DNA from: a virus | Lineage: Duplodnaviria; Heunggongvirae; Uroviricota; Caudoviricetes | Length of the DNA stretch: 7,397 nucleotides | Reading direction: 5' to 3' (one strand) | IMG/VR virus record: IMGVR_UViG_2531839585_000005 | Coordinates: 1-7,397 of that record | Part shown: positions 1-4,482 of the stretch, one piece after another | Position numbering within the stretch: the first letter of the stretch is position 1 | Layout: the number at the start of each line of letters is the position of its first letter | Notes under the pieces: model-generated | What the model was told of the DNA's origin: nothing | Databases searched by the model: none | What the model saw: the letters and a program-made list of their open reading frames with translations, nothing else | Made by a program: the position numbers and the translations under genes

Positions 1-151
1 CTGGATGACATCCGGGCGGGACGCATTGAGCGCGCCATTTCACGCTGTCGCAATATCTGGGCGTCCCTGCCGGGTGCCGGTTACGGTCAGCGTGAGCATT
101 CACTGGAAAAACTGGTCACCGTCTGGCGTACCGCGGGGCGTACCGGCTTAA
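1..151 (+). CDS. K: Phage endolysin, C-terminal part (lambda R / P2 K-type lysozyme); 5' end lies outside the window, 3' end uncertain
   Basis: Frame +1 from position 1 reads ...DDIRAGRIERAISRCRNIWASLPGAGYGQREHSLEKLVTVWRTAG..., matching the conserved C-terminal motif of lambda R-type endolysins (NIWASLPGAGYGQ.EH). Frame +1 has no stop until 229-231 and runs into the lysA ATG at 166. TAA codons sit in frame +2 at 149-151 and 158-160, so a 1-bp indel near 133-140 has probably displaced the true stop. Not in the ORF track because the start is outside the window. Confidence 0.65.
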   Translation, partial: WMTSGRDALSAPFHAVAISGRPCRVPVTVSVSIHWKNWSPSGVPRGVPA

Positions 152-165
152 ACGGAGTAAACACC

Positions 166-589
166 ATGAAGAAATTATCCCTTTCACTGATGCTGAACGT
201 GTCGCTGGCGCTGTGCTGGCACTGTCCCTGATTTACCCGCAGAGCGTGGCCGTCAGTTTTGTCGCCACCTGGGCGATTCTGGGACGGTTATCTGTGTGGT
301 TGCCGGTGGTGTCGGCGTGTATGCCACGGAGTATGTACTTGAACGCTACGGGCGGGAGCTGCCACCGGAATCGCTGGCCGTGAAGATTGTCACGTCGCTG
401 TTTTTGCAGCCGGTGCCGTGGCGCAGGCGGTCAGTGGCTCTGGTAGTGATGGTGGCGACGTTTATCTCGCTGGTCGCTGCCGGGTGGATTTTTACCGCGC
501 TGATTTATCTCGTGGCATCGGTGTTCTTCCGGCTGATACGTACGGCCTGCTGTCAGCGTTTTGAGGGGCGGGAACCATGTCAAAGCTGA
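166..589 (+). pseudogene. lysA: lysA-like lysis-timing membrane protein, frame-disrupted as sequenced (needs all three + frames)
   Basis: ATG at 166 sits 7-8 nt downstream of GGAG and opens MKKLSLSLMLNVSLAL in frame +1, which stops at 229-231. The continuation ...VLALSLIYPQSVAVSFVATWAILG is in frame +3 (about 213-283). The remainder, VICVVAGGVGVYATEYVLERYGRELPPESLAVKIVTSLFLQPVPWRRRSVALVVMVATFISLVAAGWIFTALIYLVASVFF..., is frame +2 and corresponds to track ORF 296-589. Hydrophobic segments fit a small membrane protein. The stop overlaps the lysB start. Position after the endolysin matches the P2 order K-lysA-lysB-lysC. Confidence 0.6.
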
Positions 590-1020
590 TGATTGTGCTG
601 GTTGTGTTGTTATCACTGGCGGTGGCCGGTCTGTTTCTGGTGAAACACAAAAATGCCAGCCTGCGCGCCTCGCTGGACAGGGCGAACAATGTCGCCAGCG
701 GGCAGCAGACGACCATCACCATGCTGAAAAATCAGCTTCATGTTGCCCTCACCAGGGCAGACAAAAACGAGATGGCGCAGGTGGCACTGCGTCAGGAACT
801 GGAGAACGCCGCGAAGCGTGAAGCACAGCGCGAGAAAACCATCACGAGGTTACTTAATGAAAACGAGGATTTCCGCCGCTGGTATGGCGCTGACCTGCCT
901 GATGCTGTGCGCCGGTTGCACCAGCGCCCCGCCTGCACCGACGCCAGTGATTGTCCACAACGCCTGCCCGAAAGTGAGTCTTTGCCCGATGCCGGGCAGC
1001 GACCCAGAGACGAACGGTGA
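577..1020 (+). CDS. lysB: LysB, Rz-like inner-membrane spanin (i-spanin)
   Basis: Intact 147-codon ORF. N-terminal MSKLMIVLVVLLSLAVAGLFLV is a single type-II membrane anchor, followed by a charged, helix-prone periplasmic domain (EMAQVALRQELENAAKREAQREK). GAGG lies upstream of the ATG. Sits in the P2 lysis cassette position and carries an embedded out-of-frame lipoprotein gene. Confidence 0.8.
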   Translation: MSKLMIVLVVLLSLAVAGLFLVKHKNASLRASLDRANNVASGQQTTITMLKNQLHVALTRADKNEMAQVALRQELENAAKREAQREKTITRLLNENEDFRRWYGADLPDAVRRLHQRPACTDASDCPQRLPESESLPDAGQRPRDER

Positions 1021-1147
1021 TTTAAGTGCCGATATCCGGCAGCTTGAGAACGCGCTGGCGCGCTGTGCCAGCCAGGTAAAAATGATTAAACACTGTCAGG
1101 ACGAAAACGATGCTCAAACCCGACAGCCTGCGCAGGGCGCTGACTGA
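857..1147 (+). CDS. lysC: LysC, Rz1-like outer-membrane lipoprotein spanin (o-spanin), starting inside lysB in the +1 frame
   Basis: ATG at 857 preceded by GAGG. Product MKTRISAAGMALTCLMLCAGCTSAPPAPTPV... has a lipoprotein signal peptide with a lipobox-like LCAGC and a proline-rich mature region. It is 96 aa, overlaps the lysB 3' end out of frame and extends past the lysB stop, which is the classic Rz/Rz1 overlapped architecture. The track ORF 740-1147 is the same frame with an upstream alternative start. Confidence 0.75.
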   Translation: MKTRISAAGMALTCLMLCAGCTSAPPAPTPVIVHNACPKVSLCPMPGSDPETNGDLSADIRQLENALARCASQVKMIKHCQDENDAQTRQPAQGAD

Positions 1148-1571
1148 TGCCGTCACGGTGCTGAAAACACCGAATGCTGCGGATATTCGTGGATACGGGA
1201 GTATTGCCTCCACGCTGGCGGCGTCGTTGTCATTCGAAAAGCGTTACACGCTCAATGTCATTGTGACCGACTTTACCGGTGATTTTGACCTGCTCATCGT
1301 GCCGGTGCTGGCGTGGCTGCGGGTAAATCAGCCCGACATCATGACCACCGACGCAGGTCAGAAAAAGGGCTTCACGTTTTATGCAGACATCAACAATGAC
1401 AGCAGCTTTGATATCAGCATCAGCCTGATGCTGACCGAGCGAACGCTGGTCAGTGAGGTGGACGGCGCGCTGCATGTGAAGAATATCCCGGAACCTCCGC
1501 CGCCGGAGCCGGTCACCCGCCCGATGGAGCTGTATATCAATGGCGAACTCGTGAGTAAGTGGGATGAATGA
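1110..1571 (+). CDS. R: Tail completion protein R
   Basis: Intact 153-codon ORF MLKPDSLRRALTDAVTVLK...FEKRYTLNVIVTDFTGDFDLLIVPVLAWL...PEPPPPEPVTRPMELYINGELVSKWDE, recognised as P2 gpR-family. Overlaps the lysC 3' end. Its stop is fused to the S start (ATGAATGA). Confidence 0.85.
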   Translation: MLKPDSLRRALTDAVTVLKTPNAADIRGYGSIASTLAASLSFEKRYTLNVIVTDFTGDFDLLIVPVLAWLRVNQPDIMTTDAGQKKGFTFYADINNDSSFDISISLMLTERTLVSEVDGALHVKNIPEPPPPEPVTRPMELYINGELVSKWDE

Positions 1572-2016
1572 GTTTAAGCGTTTTGAAGACCGGCTGACCG
1601 GACTGATTGAGTCGCTGTCACCGTCAGGGCGTCGGCGACTGAGTGCCGAACTGGCGAAACGTCTGCGGCAGAGTCAGCAGCGTCGGGTGATGGCACAGAA
1701 AGCCCCGGATGGCACACCCTATGCGCCACGCCAGCAGCAGAGCGCCAGAAAAAAGACCGGTCGCGTTAAGCGAAAAATGTTTGCGAAACTTATCACCAGT
1801 CGTTTTTTGCATATCCGCGCCAGCCCTGAACAGGCATCAATGGAGTTTTACGGCGGGAAGTCACCGAAAATAGCCAGTGTGCATCAGTTCGGTCTGTCGG
1901 AAGAAACCCGGAAAGACGGTAAGAAAATTGATTATCCGGCGCGTCCTCTGCTCGGCTTTACCGGTGAGGATGTGCAGATGATTGAAGAGATTATCCTGGC
2001 TCACCTCGACCGTTAG
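1564..2016 (+). CDS. S: Tail completion protein S
   Basis: Intact 150-codon ORF MNEFKRFEDRLTGLIESLSPSGRRRLSAELAKRLRQSQQRRV...PLLGFTGEDVQMIEEIILAHLDR, recognised as P2 gpS-family. Start overlaps the R stop, consistent with translational coupling. Confidence 0.85.
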   Translation: MNEFKRFEDRLTGLIESLSPSGRRRLSAELAKRLRQSQQRRVMAQKAPDGTPYAPRQQQSARKKTGRVKRKMFAKLITSRFLHIRASPEQASMEFYGGKSPKIASVHQFGLSEETRKDGKKIDYPARPLLGFTGEDVQMIEEIILAHLDR

Positions 2017-2082
2017 TTGTGCCATTCCCGACACCTCATCGTTACATTGCCGCCGGTATGACCCGGCGGCATCCTTCCCGTT
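2017..2082 (+). promoter_or_regulatory. S-V intergenic region with an 8-bp GC-rich hairpin (2049-2056 / 2063-2070) and a TGT-N10-ACA partial dyad (2018-2033); candidate late-operon promoter or RNA element for the V-W-J-I-H-G operon
   Basis: GCCGCCGG (2049-2056) and CCGGCGGC (2063-2070) are exact reverse complements around a 6-nt loop, with no following T-run. TGT at 2018-2020 and ACA at 2031-2033 resemble the TGT-N12-ACA Ogr-box of P2 late promoters, but the spacing is 10 nt rather than 12. In P2 a late promoter lies upstream of V. Confidence 0.3.
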
Positions 2083-2710
2083 ATGAACACTCTCGCAAAT
2101 ATCCAGGAACTCGCGCGCGCACTGCGCAACATGATCCGCACCGGCCTTGTCGTCGAAACCAACCTTAAAGCCGGTCGCTGCCGTGTGCAGACCGGCGGCA
2201 TGTGCACCGACTGGCTTCAGTGGCTGACTCGTGCCGGGCGTTCGCGCACTGGTGGGCACCTTCCGTGGGGGACAGGTGCTGATTCTGGCCGTGGGCGGTG
2301 AACTCGACACGGCGTTCGTTCTGCCGGGGATTTATTCCGGTGATAACCCCGCGCCGTCTGCGTCGGCGGATGCCCTGCATATCCGTTTCCCTGACGGGGC
2401 GGTGATTGAGTATGAACCCGAAACCAGCGCACTCACGGTAAGCGGAATTAAAACGGCCAGCGTGACGGCTTCTGATTCTGTTACTGCCACGGTGCCGGTG
2501 GTCACGGTGAAAGCATCAACCCGCGTACCCTGGACACACCGGAGGTGGTTGCACCAACAGGCTGATTACGGCACGCTGGAAGTGCAGAAGGGCGGGACGA
2601 TGCGCGGCAACATTGAACACACCGGCGGTGAACTCTCATCAAACGGTAAGGTACTGCATACCCATAAACACCCCGGCGACAGCGGCGGCACAACCGGGAG
2701 CCCTCTATGA
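2083..2710 (+). pseudogene. V: Baseplate spike / central hub protein V, frame-disrupted as sequenced
   Basis: Frame +1 ORF 2083-2301 gives MNTLANIQELARALRNMIRTGLVVETNLKAGRCRVQTGGMCTDWLQWLTRAGRSRT..., the gpV N-terminus. The continuation WWAPSVG is in frame +3, then QVLILAVGGELDTAFVLPGIYSGDNPAPSASADALHIRFPDGAVIEYEPETSALTVSGIKTASVTASDSVTATVPVVTVKASTRV is in frame +2 (track ORF 2231-2710). A second cluster at about 2525-2575 passes through frames +1 (TLDTPEVV) and +3 (CTNRLIT) before returning to +2 (GTLEVQKGGTMRGNIEHTGGELSSNGKVLHTHKHPGDSGGTTGSPL). The stop overlaps the W start (ATGA). Confidence 0.8.
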
Positions 2711-3054
2711 CAGCGCGTTATCTCGGAATGAATCGCAGTGATGGCCTGACTGTCACTGACCTTGAGCATATCAGCCAGAGTATCGGCGATATCCTGCGCA
2801 CACCGGTCGGCTCACGGGTGATGCGTCGTGATTACGGCTCGTTGCTGGCGTCAATGATTGACCAGCCGCAGACCCCGGCGCTTGAGTTGCAGATTAAGGT
2901 CGCCTGTTACATGGCGGTGCTGAAATGGGAACCCCGCGTCACCCTGTCATCCGTCACCACTGAGCGCAGTTTTGACGGGCGAATGACAGTTACGTTAACC
3001 GGCCAGCACAACGACACCGGCCAGCCACTTTCGTTAACCATCCCTGTGAGTTGA
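2707..3054 (+). CDS. W: Baseplate wedge protein W (T4 gp25-like)
   Basis: Intact 115-codon ORF MTARYLGMNRSDGLTVTDLEHISQSIGDILRTPVGSRVMRRDYGSLLASMIDQPQTP...SLTIPVS, recognised as P2 gpW-family with the expected length. Start overlaps the V stop. Confidence 0.9.
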   Translation: MTARYLGMNRSDGLTVTDLEHISQSIGDILRTPVGSRVMRRDYGSLLASMIDQPQTPALELQIKVACYMAVLKWEPRVTLSSVTTERSFDGRMTVTLTGQHNDTGQPLSLTIPVS

Positions 3055-3058
3055 AACC

Positions 3059-3949
3059 ATGCCGATTATCGACCTGAACCAGCTACCTGCACCGGATGTG
3101 GTCGAGGAGCTGGACTTTGAAACCATTCTTGCTGAACGCAAGGCGACACTGATTTCTCTTTACCCGGAAGACCAGCAGGAGGCGGTCGCCCGTACCCTGA
3201 CGCTGGAATCTGAGCCTCTCGCCAAACTGCTGGAGGAAAATGCTTATCGTGAGCTTATCTGGCGTCAGCGTGTGAATGAGGCCGCACGGGCGGTGATGCT
3301 GGCCTGTGCCGCCGGTAATGACCTTGATGTGATTGGTGCCAATTACAACACCACGCGCCTGACTATCACCCCGGCAGATGATTCGACCATTCCGCCGACA
3401 CCGGCAGTGATGGAATCTGACACCGATTATCGTCTGCGTATTCAGCAGGCGTTTGAGGCTTAAGCGTCGCCGGGTCGGTGGGGCTATCAGTATCATGGTC
3501 GCAGTGCCGACGGGCGTGTCGCGGATATTCTGTACCAGTCCGTCTCCGGCCTGCGTCACCATCTCGTGCTGTCACGTGAAAATAACGGTGTGCATCCGAA
3601 GACTGCTGGCGGGTGCGTAACGCCCTTAATGGCGAGGACGTCAGGCCGGTGGCCGACCGCGTGACCGTGCAGTCTGCCGCCATGTTGAATACCAGATAAA
3701 CGCCACGCTTTACCTTTACCCTGGTCCCGAAAGGAACCCATCCGCGCGCCGCCGTGAAAAAACTGGAAGCTAATCACGGCACAGCACCGGCTGGGGCGGA
3801 CATCCGTCTGTCTGCCATTTATGCCGCTTTGCATGTGGAAGGGTGCAGCGTGTCGAACTGGCTGCACCCTGGCCGACATCGTGCTCAACAGTACGCAGGC
3901 GTCTTTCTGTACCGAATACCGCGTCGTGACCGGAGGCTCGGATGAGTGA
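3059..3949 (+). pseudogene. J: Baseplate protein J, intact for the first ~134 codons, then heavily frame-disrupted
   Basis: Frame +2 ORF 3059-3463 gives MPIIDLNQLPAPDVVEELDFETILAERKATLISLYPEDQQEAVARTLTLESEPLAKLLEENAYRELIWRQRVNEAARAVMLACAAGNDLDVIGANYNTTRLTITPADDSTIPPTPAVMESDTDYRLRIQQAFE and then hits TAA. Downstream, recognisable gpJ segments appear piecemeal across all three + frames: YQYHGRSADGRVADI, TSPSPACVTIS, VLSRENNGV, VRNALNGEDVRPVADRVTVQSAA, VEYQINATLYLYPGPE, VKKLEA, ITAQHRLGR, DIRLSAIYAALHVEG, LADIVLNSTQASFCTEYRVVTGGSDE. The final segment is in frame with a TGA at 3947-3949 that overlaps the I start. Full-length gpJ is about 300 aa as I recall. Confidence 0.8.
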
Positions 3950-4472
3950 TTCGCGACTGCTGCCGACCGGCTCATCACCGCTTGAAGTCGCCGCCGCAAA
4001 AGCCTGTGCGGAAATTGAAAAAACGCCGGTCAGTATTCGTGAGCTGTGGAACCCGGATACCTGTCCGGCAAATCTGCTGCCGTGGCTGGCGTGGGCGTTT
4101 TCGGTCGACAGGTGGGATGAAAAGTGGCCGGAAGCGACAAAACGCGCCGTTATCCGCGATGCCTATTTCATCCACTGTCATAAAGGCACAATAGGTGCAA
4201 TCCGGCGTGTGGTGGAGCCGCTCGGCTATCTCATCAACGTGACGGAGTGGTGGGAAAACAGTGACCCGCCCGGCACCTTCCGGCTTGATATTGGTGTACT
4301 GGAAAGCGGCATCACAGAGGCAATGTATCAGGAAATGGAACGGCTGATTGCTGATGCCAAACCTGCAAGCCGTCACCTTATTGGCCTGAACATTACCCGG
4401 GACATTCCCGGCTACCTGTTCGCCGGTGGTGTGGCTTACGACGGCGATGTAATTACGGTTTATCCCGGATAA
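3942..4472 (+). CDS. I: Baseplate protein I
   Basis: Intact 176-codon ORF MSDSRLLPTGSSPLEVAAAKACAEIEKTPVSIRELWNPDTCPANLLPWLAWAFSVDRWDEKWPEATKRAVIRDAYFIHCHKGTIGAIRRVVEPLGYLINVTEWWENSDPPGTFRLDIGVLESG..., recognised as P2 gpI-family with the expected length. Start overlaps the J 3' end. Confidence 0.9.
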   Translation: MSDSRLLPTGSSPLEVAAAKACAEIEKTPVSIRELWNPDTCPANLLPWLAWAFSVDRWDEKWPEATKRAVIRDAYFIHCHKGTIGAIRRVVEPLGYLINVTEWWENSDPPGTFRLDIGVLESGITEAMYQEMERLIADAKPASRHLIGLNITRDIPGYLFAGGVAYDGDVITVYPG

Positions 4473-4482
4473 GTGAGGAATA

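Noticed and set aside
740-856. Upstream extension of the lysC frame (track ORF 740-1147 with an alternative start)
   Set aside because: The extension lacks a signal peptide at its N-terminus. The ATG at 857 has a GAGG ribosome-binding site and begins a canonical lipoprotein signal sequence, so 857 is the likely start.
1861-2310. 149-aa minus-strand ORF spanning the S-V junction
   Set aside because: Antisense to S and V with a proline- and arginine-rich translation. Inconsistent with the single-strand operon organisation.
3083-3562. 159-aa minus-strand ORF
   Set aside because: Antisense to the intact 5' part of J. Arginine-rich shadow ORF.
3556-3999. 147-aa minus-strand ORF
   Set aside because: Antisense to the J 3' region and the I start. 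No ribosome-binding site context and no recognisable product. Shadow ORF in GC-rich coding DNA.
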